A stretch of DNA of 58,657 nucleotides from an uncultured Gammaproteobacteria bacterium (GTDB taxonomy: Bacteria > Pseudomonadota > Gammaproteobacteria > UBA9214): positions 1-58,657 of the forward strand of contig CAWHCQ010000034.1 of assembly GCA_963827755.1 (NCBI GenBank). The letters are read 5' to 3'. The notes under the pieces were generated by a model. The model made no database searches, was not told the origin of the DNA, and worked only from the letters and a program-made list of their open reading frames with translations. Position 1 is the first letter of the stretch. Each line of letters starts with the position of its first letter. The translations under genes and the position numbers were made by a program. This document shows positions 22,466 through 32,198 of this stretch, piece after piece.

Positions 22466-22868
22466 TCAGTGGTTCTTCAATTGCTGGACCATCTCCGGTT
22501 CCATGTCCATGCCGACCGGCCAGCCCGGGATTGATCGACACACCGACACCGCCGCCGACCCTTTCAAGCACCCATTTGAACTCCACCAGCAGGCCACCGT
22601 CATAACCGGGAAAGTCCTTCATGAAATCCTGGGAACGGTCCGGGTTGGAGAACAAGATCAGCACTTCCACGTCATCTTCGGTCTTCAGGGTCATCGGTAC
22701 GGCCTTGGTGCTGCTGGTAAAGCCCTCGATGCCGATCGAGTCCTTCACCGGCATAAAGACCTGCGTATCCATCAGGTAGGTCATGAATTCTTCACCGCTC
22801 AGGCTGCCTTCCTGGGCGGCAAGCAGCTTTTCTTCGAGTTCATTACGGGTTTCAAACGGGTCATGCAT
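22466..22868 (-). CDS. SseB-family protein (frameshift near 22525)
   Basis: NELEEKL...QVFMP...LILFS...GVSINPG; removing one G gives INPGWPVGMDMEPEMVQQLKNH* with TGA at 22468-22466. Confidence 0.75.
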
Positions 22869-22883
22869 AACGGGATACCCTAA

Positions 22884-22913
22884 TAATAAAGCCCCGCGAT
22901 GCGGGGCTTTATT
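22884..22913. terminator. Intrinsic terminator after yccA (symmetric, possibly bidirectional)
   Basis: AATAAAGCCCCGC-GAT-GCGGGGCTTTATT hairpin. Confidence 0.8.
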
Positions 22914-22933
22914 AAGCAGAATTTCAGAAACGG

Positions 22934-23603
22934 CTAGTCATTACCACCGAAGACGCCCAGCAGCTGCAGCAGGCTGAGGAACAGGTTGTAGATGGAAACG
23001 AACAGGGTGACCGTGGCCAGGATGTAGTTGGTCTCGCCGCCGTGGATGATCGCGCTGGTCTGGTAGAGGATCAGGCCGGACATCAGCAGGATGAACATGG
23101 CGGAAACGGCCAGCGACAGGCCGGGCATGCTGAGAAAATAAGCAGCCAGGCCGGCAAGGAACGCCACCAGGATACCCACCATCAGGAAGCCGCCGAGGAA
23201 GCTGAAGTCCTTGCGGGTGGTCAGGACATAGCCGGACAGACCCAGGAAGATAATCCCGGTACCACCCATTGCCGTCATGACGATGCTGTGGCCGTTCGGG
23301 ATTGACAGGTACATGCTGATAATCGGGCCAAGCGTGACACCCATAAATCCGGTCAATGCGAAATACGAACAGCAGGCCCAGGCCGCTGTTGCTGAACTTC
23401 GTGGTCAGAAACAGCAGGCCGAAATATCCCACTATGGTGATCAGCAGACCCATAGGCGGCACGTTCATCTTCACCGCGATTGCCGCGCACAGGCCACTGA
23501 AAATCAGTGTCATGGAAAGCAGGGCGTAGGTGTTGCGGAGGACCTTGTTGGACTCCAGTACCGAGGTACGTGATGTGCTGACGGTCTTTTCAATCATGTT
23601 CAT
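22934..23603 (-). CDS. yccA: Bax inhibitor-1/YccA family membrane protein (frameshift near 23360)
   Basis: NKVLRNTYALLSMTL, TGFMGVTLGP, TRKDFSFLGGFL, GGETNYILAT; adjacent to tRNA-Ser as in other gammaproteobacteria. Confidence 0.92.
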
Positions 23604-23805
23604 GTAAGCAAACCCTCTTGATTGCCAAAATATTCAGTCCGAATGTAGACAACGACATTCCCGACTGGTTCATCCAAGGATAAACACCTCGAGCAGAAAC
23701 AGCAACTTAAATACCGTCTTTTCTTGTGGAAATGGGTGGTCAAACCCTGCCGACTTCCGGTATTCTAGCGCCGCGCTGATCAGCGGCTGTGAACCCGATT
23801 TGCCT

Positions 23806-23893
23806 GGAGAGGTGGCTGAGTGGTCGAAAGCGGCGGTCTTGAAAACCGTTGACCGGCAACGGTCCGTGGGTTCGAATCCCACCCTCTCCGCCA
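23806..23893 (+). tRNA. tRNA-Ser (anticodon TGA)
   Basis: GGAGAGG acceptor pairing with CCTCTCC, D arm TGGCTGAGTGGTCGAAAGC, anticodon loop CTTGAAA, long variable arm, GGTTCGAATCC, encoded CCA; 88 nt. Confidence 0.97.
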
Positions 23894-24152
23894 AATAGAA
23901 ATGCCCCCTGAACAGGGGGCATTTCTATTTGTGGTGCAGGCAGGCCCTGATGAGGACCCTTCGGTTCGAGCCGAGCACCGAAGGTGCGAGACAACGTCGT
24001 CGCAACGCGACGGCGGCCCCGAAGGGGTGAGCGCGCAGCGCGAATAATCCCACCTCTCCGCCAAACGGAAATGCCCCCTGAACAGGGGGCATTTTTATTT
24101 GTGGTGCGGGCAGGCCCTGATGAGGACCCTTCGGTTCGAGCCGGGCACCGGA
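23875..24152 (+). repeat. tRNA-linked tandem repeat, RtT-like, about 171-bp period, about 1.6 copies
   Basis: tRNA 3' end AATCCCACC(C)TCTCCGCCA, terminator and GATGAGGACCCTTCGGTTCGAGCCG recur at 23875 and 24046; internal GGTTCGAGCCGAGC...GCGAGACAACGTCG...GGCCCCGAAGGGGTGAG resembles RtT. Confidence 0.8.
23893..23930 (+). terminator. Intrinsic terminator after tRNA-Ser (second copy about 24068-24100)
   Basis: AAATAGAAATGCCCCCTG-AA-CAGGGGGCATTTCTATTT. Confidence 0.85.
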
Positions 24153-24158
24153 TACCTG

Positions 24159-24401
24159 TCATCCCATGATCAGCAGCGCCACGTAGGGCGTGACATTGAA
24201 GACCAGGAAGACAATCTTGAACAAGCCGAGAAACGAGTAAATGACCACGTCGAAGGTTTCCCGGGGTATGGGGAAAAATATGCTTTGGGTGCGATACACC
24301 AGGTCCGGGACGAACACGCAGAATGCGATCCACAGAAGCAGGAGGCTGCCATTGATGATGGTGCACCACATCAAGAACGTTGTCAGGGTCTGAATATCCA
24401 T
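24159..24401 (-). CDS. Small membrane protein (DUF6868-like)
   Basis: FLMWCTIINGSLL...YSFLGLFKIVFLVFNVTPYVAL; RBS upstream. Confidence 0.8.
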   Translation of the reverse strand: MDIQTLTTFLMWCTIINGSLLLLWIAFCVFVPDLVYRTQSIFFPIPRETFDVVIYSFLGLFKIVFLVFNVTPYVALLIMG

Positions 24402-24477
24402 AGTGGAGCTCCTTTATTTTTCAGGTCAATCGTATTAGGGTTGATTTTGACACCGGTCACCCAGGGTGAAAAGCGCC

Positions 24478-24738
24478 ATGAAGAAACTCAAAAACGAGGC
24501 ACAGTTGGTCAAGGAGGCCATCCGTGCCGGTATTGAATACGGTGAGAAGCGCGGCGTGGTGGAATTCGAGGCCACCGATACACAGAACGAGAAAATCGAA
24601 TACATCTACAAGCTGCTGGTCCATGACAAGGTGATCGTGCCGCTGGCCCAGGGCCAGCAGAGCCTGCCGAACATGCGCCACAAGCTGGCGTTGTGGGCAT
24701 CACGCCAGTTGCCTGCCGATCATCCCTTGCTGAAATAA
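24478..24738 (+). CDS. Conserved small protein (DUF5062-like)
   Basis: MKKLKNEAQLVKEAI...KIEYIYKLLVHDK...HKLALW. Confidence 0.8.
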   Translation: MKKLKNEAQLVKEAIRAGIEYGEKRGVVEFEATDTQNEKIEYIYKLLVHDKVIVPLAQGQQSLPNMRHKLALWASRQLPADHPLLK

Positions 24739-24752
24739 CCGCTTGACTACAG

Positions 24753-25158
24753 CTAATCCACACTCAATATCCTGTCATTATCACGCAACAGGAATAATGC
24801 AAAACAGGCCGCGAGCATGGGCCAGGCTGCGAAGAACAGCAGGCCGGGTCCTTCAAAGGGCGCCAGGTATTGCTTGAATGAGGACAGGGTAGACACCGTG
24901 TGAAATAACAGTACCGCGCCATAGGTGTATTTCTTTTTATAGCCCGCCAGGAACAGCAGCAGGATGATCATTTCCAGGCCGCCTATCGCATACATCACAA
25001 CAGACTCCAGGCCGGCAATGTAATAGAAACTTCTCGAAGACCTTTGCCGCATGACCGGGATTTATGAACTTGTCGATCGTCCACATGAACATGACCAGGA
25101 AGACGGTCAGTCGAAGAAAAAATAATGATAGCTGAAGTCTTTTATCCTGGTCTGTCAT
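24753..25158 (-). CDS. DoxX-like membrane protein (frameshift near 25030)
   Basis: LRLTVFLVMFMWTIDKFINPGHA...HTVSTLSSF...LLFFAAWPMLAA. Confidence 0.8.
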
Positions 25159-25233
25159 GATTTCCCCTCTTTGCGTGTGTATGCAATTTATTTGTCAGAC
25201 GAATTTGTAACCCACCTTTGACGCCATAAAACC

Positions 25234-25737
25234 TCATTCGATCTTGAGATAGGCGAATCCCTGGTGTTGCAGTTCTGCCAGGCGCACCACGCCGGAACGT
25301 ACCAGCGATACACCCTTGTACAGCTTGTCTGCCGGCAGGCCGATCTGGGTACGCGTGATATCACACAGCTCCAGCTTGACGCCCTGCACGGCATTCAGGG
25401 CGCTGAGCCTGCCCTGCAGGTTGTCGCGCCGCTCTTCCAGCGCCGCATCGGATGCGAACGGCGTCTTCTCGAGCTTGTCAGCGGTAAGAAAACGGATACC
25501 GTGCGCGACAAAAACAATCCGCACATCATAGTCAATCAGCTCATTCTGGTAATGCGTCACCATATTGTTGATGCTGGTCAGCATGGCGCTGTAGCGCCTG
25601 GGATCAGCGAAATCCGCGTGGTAGACCACCTTGACCACATCGTCCATGCTGTCATCGGCAGCCGCTGCCGGCAGGGGCAGAACAATGACGCTGAGCAGCG
25701 AGAGGACGGATAAAAAATACAATAACCTTGAAAACAT
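25234..25737 (-). CDS. Exported DsrE/DsrF-like protein
   Basis: Signal peptide ending AAAA; KVVYH, IVFVAHGI, VKLELCDIT, SGVVRLAELQHQGFAYLK; GGAGG RBS. Confidence 0.85.
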   Translation of the reverse strand: MFSRLLYFLSVLSLLSVIVLPLPAAAADDSMDDVVKVVYHADFADPRRYSAMLTSINNMVTHYQNELIDYDVRIVFVAHGIRFLTADKLEKTPFASDAALEERRDNLQGRLSALNAVQGVKLELCDITRTQIGLPADKLYKGVSLVRSGVVRLAELQHQGFAYLKIE

Positions 25738-25815
25738 GACGTGCCTCCTTGAATCATACTCCTGGAAACCAGGTATACAGCCAGTCTAGTCGAAATCGGC
25801 GCAGGGGATAACAAA

Positions 25816-26820
25816 TTATCGGTGTCCGCACAGTGCCTGCAGACGCGGCGCTGCTGTCGACACCTCGAATCCCGAGGGCAGGGCGGCTTGCCGGTTTCGC
25901 AGCCATGCGACGATGTCATCGAGCACGACTTCGGCCTGCAGGTCGCGCGTCAGCATATGGTAGCCCTGCGGGTACAGCGCCAGCCGCCAGTTTACCGGCT
26001 GCTGAACGGGCAGGCTGGAGAACATCCTGCAGACCGGTCGGGCAGGAATAATTTCATCGTTTTCCCCGTAAACGATCAGTGCGGGTGTCGCCAGTCGTGC
26101 ACTGGAAAGCTGTGCCGATTCCATCAGTGCAGCCAGTCCGTACATGGCGTCGACGCGGGTCTCCTTGATGACCAGTGGATTGCGTCCCTGGTCGCGCAGC
26201 ATTTCGATATTGTCGGATGCGCGGATCTCGAGCCCTTCACCGGTTAGTTTCTTTTCGGGCCAGGTATGGGCCGCCAGCCAGAGGGCTGCGTGCTGCCACC
26301 ATGGCATGCTGCGCCAGCCCCAGACGGCCGGGGCCACCAGCACTACGCCATTTATACAGCCGGGTGCTGCATCTTCCAGCATCAGCATGGTGACAGCGCC
26401 GCCCATACTTTCTCCAAGCAGGAACAGCGGCACACCGGGGTGTCGCAGGCAGAGCAATTCAGCGGCGATGGCGGCATCCCTTTGCAGGCGTTCGCTGCCC
26501 GGCCAGATGCCGCGTTCTTGTGTCTCGCCAAAGCCGCGCTGGTCATAGGCGTAGACCTGTATGCCGCCAGCCGTCAATGTTGGTGCGACATCGGCAAATG
26601 CGTTGCGGTAGTCGTTAAAGCCATGCAGGGCCAGTACGACGGCTTTCGCTTCAATGTCAGGCTGCCAGGTGGCAAGGGGGAGTTTGTAGCCATCATCCAT
26701 GATGAGCTGATCTGGTGTCAGCCGGGGGTCCTGTGTAATACTGGATTTTTGCTGGACACGCGGCGTTGCGCAGGACACCAGGCAACCGAGAACCAGCAGG
26801 CAAATCAGGACGCGAGTCAT
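25816..26820 (-). CDS. Lysophospholipase-like alpha/beta hydrolase lipoprotein
   Basis: Lipobox LVSC; LHGFNDY, DQRGFG, GESMGG, GENDEII, GYHML. Confidence 0.9.
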   Translation of the reverse strand: MTRVLICLLVLGCLVSCATPRVQQKSSITQDPRLTPDQLIMDDGYKLPLATWQPDIEAKAVVLALHGFNDYRNAFADVAPTLTAGGIQVYAYDQRGFGETQERGIWPGSERLQRDAAIAAELLCLRHPGVPLFLLGESMGGAVTMLMLEDAAPGCINGVVLVAPAVWGWRSMPWWQHAALWLAAHTWPEKKLTGEGLEIRASDNIEMLRDQGRNPLVIKETRVDAMYGLAALMESAQLSSARLATPALIVYGENDEIIPARPVCRMFSSLPVQQPVNWRLALYPQGYHMLTRDLQAEVVLDDIVAWLRNRQAALPSGFEVSTAAPRLQALCGHR

Positions 26821-26865
26821 GGGGCGAACATCATACCCTGAACTGGATTAACCGGGAGGTCTGGC

Positions 26866-27153
26866 ATGTCAAATGAAGGTTATCACGAACCCGTAAACGA
26901 GCTTTCCGAAGAGACGCGCGACATGCATCGTGCGATCACCTCGTTAATGGAGGAACTGGAGGCGGTCGACTGGTACAACCAGCGTGTCGATGCCTGCAAG
27001 GACAAGGCGCTGAAGGCCATTCTTGCGCATAACCGCGACGAAGAGAAAGAACATGCCGCCATGGTGCTGGAGTGGATTCGCCGCCAGGATCCGTCCTTTG
27101 ACAAGGAGCTGAAAGACTATCTGTTCACGGACAAGACGATAGCGCACGAGTGA
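26866..27153 (+). CDS. Encapsulin-associated-type ferritin-like protein (EncFtn/Flp)
   Basis: YHEP, SLMEELEAVDWYNQR, HNRDEEKEH ferroxidase motifs; GGAGG RBS. Confidence 0.92.
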   Translation: MSNEGYHEPVNELSEETRDMHRAITSLMEELEAVDWYNQRVDACKDKALKAILAHNRDEEKEHAAMVLEWIRRQDPSFDKELKDYLFTDKTIAHE

Positions 27154-27168
27154 TCGGGCCGGCTCCGG

Positions 27169-27513
27169 ATGTTAATGCTGACTGCTGCGATGAAGGCCTG
27201 GGGATCACCCGGTTTCGAGGCGGTGCTGAAGGAAGAAATACAACAACTGGATCCCGCAATGCTGCCACTGCAGCAGGGCTTGTCCCGGAGCAGCCATGTG
27301 AGCGATACAAAAACCAGCGTGGTTGTTCTCAGGCTTGCTGAAACTGCAGACGCCATAGAGGCAAAAGCCGGGATATTCTACGCCGGAATAATTGCCGGCA
27401 GCTGCTGCAGCGACGACCCGACCCCGATGAGTGAAAACACCGAATATTGTGAAGTGCTGTTTGAGATCAATAAAACCACATTCGAGACAGTGGTAACACT
27501 TCTGGATACCTGA
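27169..27513 (+). CDS. Conserved hypothetical protein with Cys cluster
   Basis: LPLQQGL and GIIAGSCCSDDPTP...EYC motifs; 15 nt after the ferritin gene. Confidence 0.75.
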   Translation: MLMLTAAMKAWGSPGFEAVLKEEIQQLDPAMLPLQQGLSRSSHVSDTKTSVVVLRLAETADAIEAKAGIFYAGIIAGSCCSDDPTPMSENTEYCEVLFEINKTTFETVVTLLDT

Positions 27514-27727
27514 CCGGGACCTGCAGACAGCTTGGACTATTCGTGGATCGGCTACCCGGGGCGAGATTCCTGTAGCCGATGTCATCCCCGGGCGAGTGAT
27601 TCGCTTTACATACAATCAGGAAATGTATTAAATACAACACCCCGGAAGGGGGTTTTTGCAAAAATCAAGTGGCCCACGGGCGTCGCGGTCAGCCGACAAT
27701 ACAACATTATAAAAGGGAGCAAGCTGA

Positions 27728-28378
27728 ATGAAGCAGATTAAAATCCTGACCAGTGCCATCACACTGGCTGTTCTTGCCTGTCTGGGAACGGCCTGTACGG
27801 AGGAGGCGGCACCTGTAAAACTCAAAGAGACGCTCTTGTGTGCAGGTAACGAGGGCGTCACGCCTTTCAAGGTGAACTGCACCTATTTTTATCTCGATGA
27901 ATACAATAACGAGATAGAGCCGAAGGACACCGTGTACTGGACGCTGGATATTGCCCTGGAAGGTATTGCACAACGTTTCTATTCCCAGAGCACAGGCAAC
28001 CGGTTCTTCACTGAAATTGACCGTCCGGGAGAATACACCCTCAGTGCGGCGAACAGCGGCAATAAAACCAGCATACTGGTATCGATCGTTGCGCCCGAAG
28101 ATTACTCTTCATCCCTGGTGAGACAGGTGCCTGTTACCATTGCTTCAAGAAAGCACGAGAAGCAGGTGCGGATACTGGAGGCCTCGCCCGGCTACGAGAT
28201 AAGCTCTGCGACAATCCAGGTCCATCCGAACAGTACCCGGGTAAGTTCCCGCGTAACTGTTTCCAGTGACCGCACGACAGCGAAACTCGTCGTTGAACTC
28301 CAGCCCAAGTCCGAGGCATTCAAGGTTGTGCGGGCCTGGTTTGCCGGTAACGTCGTCCTGACGGAGCGTAAAATCTGA
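27728..28378 (+). CDS. Hypothetical lipoprotein, beta-rich
   Basis: GGGAG RBS; signal with lipobox-like LGTAC; 216-aa intact ORF; no family recognised. Confidence 0.65.
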   Translation: MKQIKILTSAITLAVLACLGTACTEEAAPVKLKETLLCAGNEGVTPFKVNCTYFYLDEYNNEIEPKDTVYWTLDIALEGIAQRFYSQSTGNRFFTEIDRPGEYTLSAANSGNKTSILVSIVAPEDYSSSLVRQVPVTIASRKHEKQVRILEASPGYEISSATIQVHPNSTRVSSRVTVSSDRTTAKLVVELQPKSEAFKVVRAWFAGNVVLTERKI

Positions 28379-28577
28379 TACCCGACAGGCGCTGATCAAT
28401 ATCCCTGCCGACGAAGCAATCCACATCAAGCGGTCGCAGCAGCGACCGCACTGATTTTCTCAATTCCCTGATCCGGTAAGTTCATACCCCACGGGCCGCT
28501 TTGGCCCGTCAATCAGCTGTCGTTCAGCTAATTTCCTGCCCGTTTCGCATTCCTCTACCTATATTAGCGGGCTTGTT

Positions 28578-28597
28578 TGCGTCATTAATATGACGCA
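28578..28597. promoter_or_regulatory. Palindromic operator, FleQ-box-like
   Basis: TGCGTCAT-TAAT-ATGACGCA; core GTCATTAATATGAC has one mismatch to the FleQ consensus GTCAnTAAAnTGAC; about 200 bp before the DUF11 operon. Confidence 0.55.
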
Positions 28598-28793
28598 TGC
28601 GGTTGGCGGCTGTCCCGAATCCCGCTGAATTTTTTTATCCCTCCCCGACAGCAAAGCTGTGCGCGCCGTCACAGATTCAAGAAATATTTTCAGTGGCCGA
28701 ACAGGCCAATAGAGGCAATGAATTTGAGCAACTGCGCCCGTGGTTCAAAGAGGCCGCGGTGCAATCAATCGGGAAAACAAGGAGACAGCAATT

Positions 28794-29312
28794 ATGTACA
28801 GCAGCAAGACGAAATGGCTCAACCGGATCCTGCTTGCAGGGGCAATGTTCTTCTCACTCAGCGCCTTGTCTGAAGGGGCGCTGCAGAGCCGGATGGAGGC
28901 GCTTGTGGTGACTACACAGGCTGATGGCAGGGAGACATTTGATATCGCGACATCAGTCGAGCCCGGCCAGGTGATTGAATACCGCACCGTCTATAGCAAC
29001 AGCGGCGACGCATCGATCAGCAATCTTGCCGTGGTTGGCCCCGTACCTGCCGGAACCCGCTACCTCGGCAAATCCGCCAGCAGCAGTGTGGCACACGTGT
29101 TCGAGGCGAGCATCGATGGCGGCAACAGCTGGCACAAAGAACCGCTGCTGCGCACGGTCACGCAGGCAGATGGCAGCAAGAAACAGGAAGTCGTCCCGCC
29201 GGAAGAATACAGCCATGTCCGCTGGAAGGCGGCCGAGGCGATTGCGCGCAACAGCCGCCAGGAATATCGCTACCGTGTGCTTGTCCTGCCAACAGAGGAT
29301 AACGCCAGGTAA
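28794..29312 (+). CDS. Small secreted single-domain DUF11-like protein
   Basis: AAGGAG RBS, signal peptide, VEPGQVIEYRTVYSNSG...PVPAGTRY...SIDGG...EEYSHVRW...EYRYRV. Confidence 0.85.
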   Translation: MYSSKTKWLNRILLAGAMFFSLSALSEGALQSRMEALVVTTQADGRETFDIATSVEPGQVIEYRTVYSNSGDASISNLAVVGPVPAGTRYLGKSASSSVAHVFEASIDGGNSWHKEPLLRTVTQADGSKKQEVVPPEEYSHVRWKAAEAIARNSRQEYRYRVLVLPTEDNAR

Positions 29313-29410
29313 GCAGGAGAACACTGGATACAACGGCAGGATCATGTGCAGCAGCAAAGCAATCAGGATGATTATTTTCGCTTTATGTATTGAAATCTGG
29401 AGATAGAACC

Positions 29411-32157
29411 ATGCAAGGAAATAGTAGTTACCGGAAGACCAGACAGCCGCATCGGACAATTGACCAGGTCTGTATTAACAGGCCTGTGCGCGGTATTGAT
29501 GCTGATGGTCATGACTTCAACCGCGGCGGATGCTGCGCCGGTGGCCGGTTCGGTCATTGGCAACCAGGCCAGTGCCACCTACCTCGACGGGTCCGGCCAG
29601 GCGCGGACCGCAACATCGAATCTCGTCGAAACAGTGGTCGCACAGGTGGGCGGTACCGATATCGAGTCAGACCTGAGTAAAACGGTATCCGTCGGCGGTA
29701 CAGTCAACTACCCGCATACAATCACCAACAGCGGCAACGGGGTGGATACCTTTGACCTTGCGGTTGTCGATGCAGACAGCGGAAATATCGTGCTTGGCAG
29801 CCTGGTCATCTACGCAGACGCCAACCAGGATGGCGTTCCGGATAATTTTTCGCCGATCACGGTAACACCGGGCATGAACCCCGGCGACAGCTACGGCATT
29901 ATCGTCGCCACGACTGTACCCGGCGGTGTAGTCGCCGGTGACAGTGAAACAATGACGGTCACGGCGACCAGCCAGTTCGACAACGGTGTCAGTGATTCCA
30001 ACACCGATACGGTGACCGTAACAGGCAATGCGATCATCGAGGTCACGAAGGCCATTAATGTGGCCAGTGGACCCTCGCCAAACGGCAACCCGGCTGATCT
30101 CAACGATCCCGTCACGGTAACCCTGACCTATACCAACCGCGGCATCGGTGCGGCTGTGGCCGTGGTTCTTACCGACAGCCTGCCGGCAGGAATGAGCTAC
30201 GTCGCAGGTTCCGGACTGTGGAGCGGTGCCGCCCTGGTCGATGCGACGGGCGCAAATGACCCGGCCGGTATTGATTACGATGGCGGTGACACCACGACGA
30301 ATGAAATCATTGCAACCATTGCTTCTGTACCGCAGGGCCAGTCCGGGACGGTCAGCTTCGATATCACCATCGACGCCGGCCTCGTACCGGGTGCCATCGG
30401 TAATATCGCGACCTATGCATACAACGATGGTAGTGGAGCAGTCGGGCCGGTCGATACCAATACGGGCAACTACACCGTGCTCGCCACTGTTGGCGTCGAT
30501 TTTACAGATAGCGGGTCGAATACGGATGATGACGGCGCTAACGACGATGTGCTGATCAGCGGACCGGTCGCACAGGGTTCGACGCTGTTGTTCGACAACG
30601 TCCTGGTCAACAACGGCAATGGCAGCGACACCTTTGATGTCGACCTGAGCGGGTCCAGCTTTCCGCCGGGAACCACCTTCCAGCTGTACCTCGGTGATGC
30701 CTCCGGCAACCCGGTAACACCGATGACCGATTCAAATGGCAATGGCAAACCCGATACCGGGCCGCTGGCCCCGGGTGCGACTTACCACGTGGTGGTGAAG
30801 GCAACCCTGCCGACTGACGCCTCGGGCGGACCCTTCAGCGTTACCGGTACCGCGACGTCGTCTGCCGATCCAGGCGTGACCAATACGCTCACCGACACCG
30901 TGAACGCGGTCGAGGACATGACCATGGACCTGACAAACGACCCGGCCAGTGTTGACGTCCGCCGGTACTGTCGGTACGGGTGCCGGACCGGAAGTCACTG
31001 CAATAACGACCGAGTCTGTTGATCCGGGAACGAGCGCAATCTTCACCCTGCTGCTTGAGAATGAAAGCGCGCTGAGCAGCGATACCTATGACCTGGATGC
31101 CAGTACCGACGGGAGTTTTGCCGCGGTAAGCCTGCCGCCCGGCTGGTCGGTGATATTCCGTGATGCAGGCAACAATGTCATTAACAGCCTGACTGTCCCG
31201 GCAAATACCATCTCCACGATAACCGCCGAGATCAGTGTGCCGGCCAACGCAGCACCTTCAACCGGTACCGGTATCTATTTCCGCGCAGCCTCGAGCACCA
31301 GTGGTGCCAGTGATGTCCTGCATGATGCGGTCACCGTGAATACCATCCATGACCTCGCCATCGCCTCGAGCAGCACCGGCCAGGTGTTCCCGGGTGGCAG
31401 CGTCGAATACCCGTTCACCATGACCAATAACGGTAACGTGGTCGAAACGGCAGCCAGCCTTTCCGCTGTCAACGGTAATGGTCTCTGGGTGAGCACGCCG
31501 CAGGTCTACCATGACCGGAACGGCAACGGGGTGGTCGACGCGGGTGAGCCTGTCGTGGCAGACCTGTCAGCCGTCCTCGCCGATGGCGGGGCCGCGGGCG
31601 GTGCCAGCTCCGATCTTGACCCGGGCGAGAGCGTGAATCTCATCGTGCGGGTTGAGGCGCCTGCCAGTGCCAATGGTGGTGACAGCAACGACACGACGGT
31701 CACCGTTACCCTGGCAACGGACAGTGACACGGGTAACAACAGCCTGACAGAAAGCAGCACGGTAGTCAGCGGGGACATAAACGTCGCCAAATCACAGGGC
31801 CTGGACGTGAACTGTAATGGTGTACTGGGCGACGCTGGTGATTCGGCAGCCTTTACAACAGGCCAGATCAATTCAAGCGCTGCTGTGCCGGGTGTCTGCA
31901 TCCTCTACCAGGTCACGGCAACCAATACCGGCACATCACCGGTCAGCAGCCTGGTCGTTACGGATACCACGCCCGCCTTTACGACCTATGGATGTGACAC
32001 CGTGTCTCCACAGGTCGCGAACAATTGTGTGGCTACCGGCACGGGCGTTGTAACAGCCCCGGCACTCGGTGCCACGGGCGCCATCAAGGACACGATCGGG
32101 CCGCTGGCACCGGCCGCATCATCGGTGCTCACCTTTGGCGTCAAGATCAACCCGTAG
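29411..32157 (+). CDS. Secreted multi-Ig/DUF11 repeat protein of about 900 aa, putative fibre shaft subunit (frameshifts near 29450 and 30955)
   Basis: Signal ending AADA; mature N-terminus APVAGSVIGNQASATY; repeated N.GN..DTFDL Ig units, DxNxNG loops, one complete and one C-terminal truncated DUF11 domain. Confidence 0.85.
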
Positions 32158-32163
32158 GGAACA

Positions 32164-32198
32164 GGAAATACCGGGGGGAATCCCCCCGGTACATTTCC
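32164..32198 (+). terminator. Strong intergenic hairpin after the shaft-subunit gene (terminator or mRNA-stabilising stem)
   Basis: ACCGGGGGG-AAT-CCCCCCGGT stem extended by GGAAAT/ATTTCC; no clean U-tract. Confidence 0.6.

Noticed and set aside
22002-22868. Apparent SseB-CAAX protease fusion (288-aa ORF)
   Set aside because: Removing one G near 22525 gives SseB a natural end (INPGWPVGMDMEPEMVQQLKNH*); the linker is out-of-frame sequence, so the fusion is probably an indel artefact.
24046-24063. attR of a tRNA-integrated island
   Set aside because: The duplicated tRNA 3' end is only about 171 bp from the tRNA and part of a longer tandem unit; no integrase in the window.
23670-24369. ORFs 23670-23894, 23740-24369 and 23780-24064
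   Set aside because: Translations of the tRNA antisense strand (MAERVGFEPT) and of the repeat.
28380-28793. c-di-GMP riboswitch upstream of the DUF11 operon
   Set aside because: Hairpins are present (about 28430-28449, 28491-28509) but I could not find the GEMM consensus.
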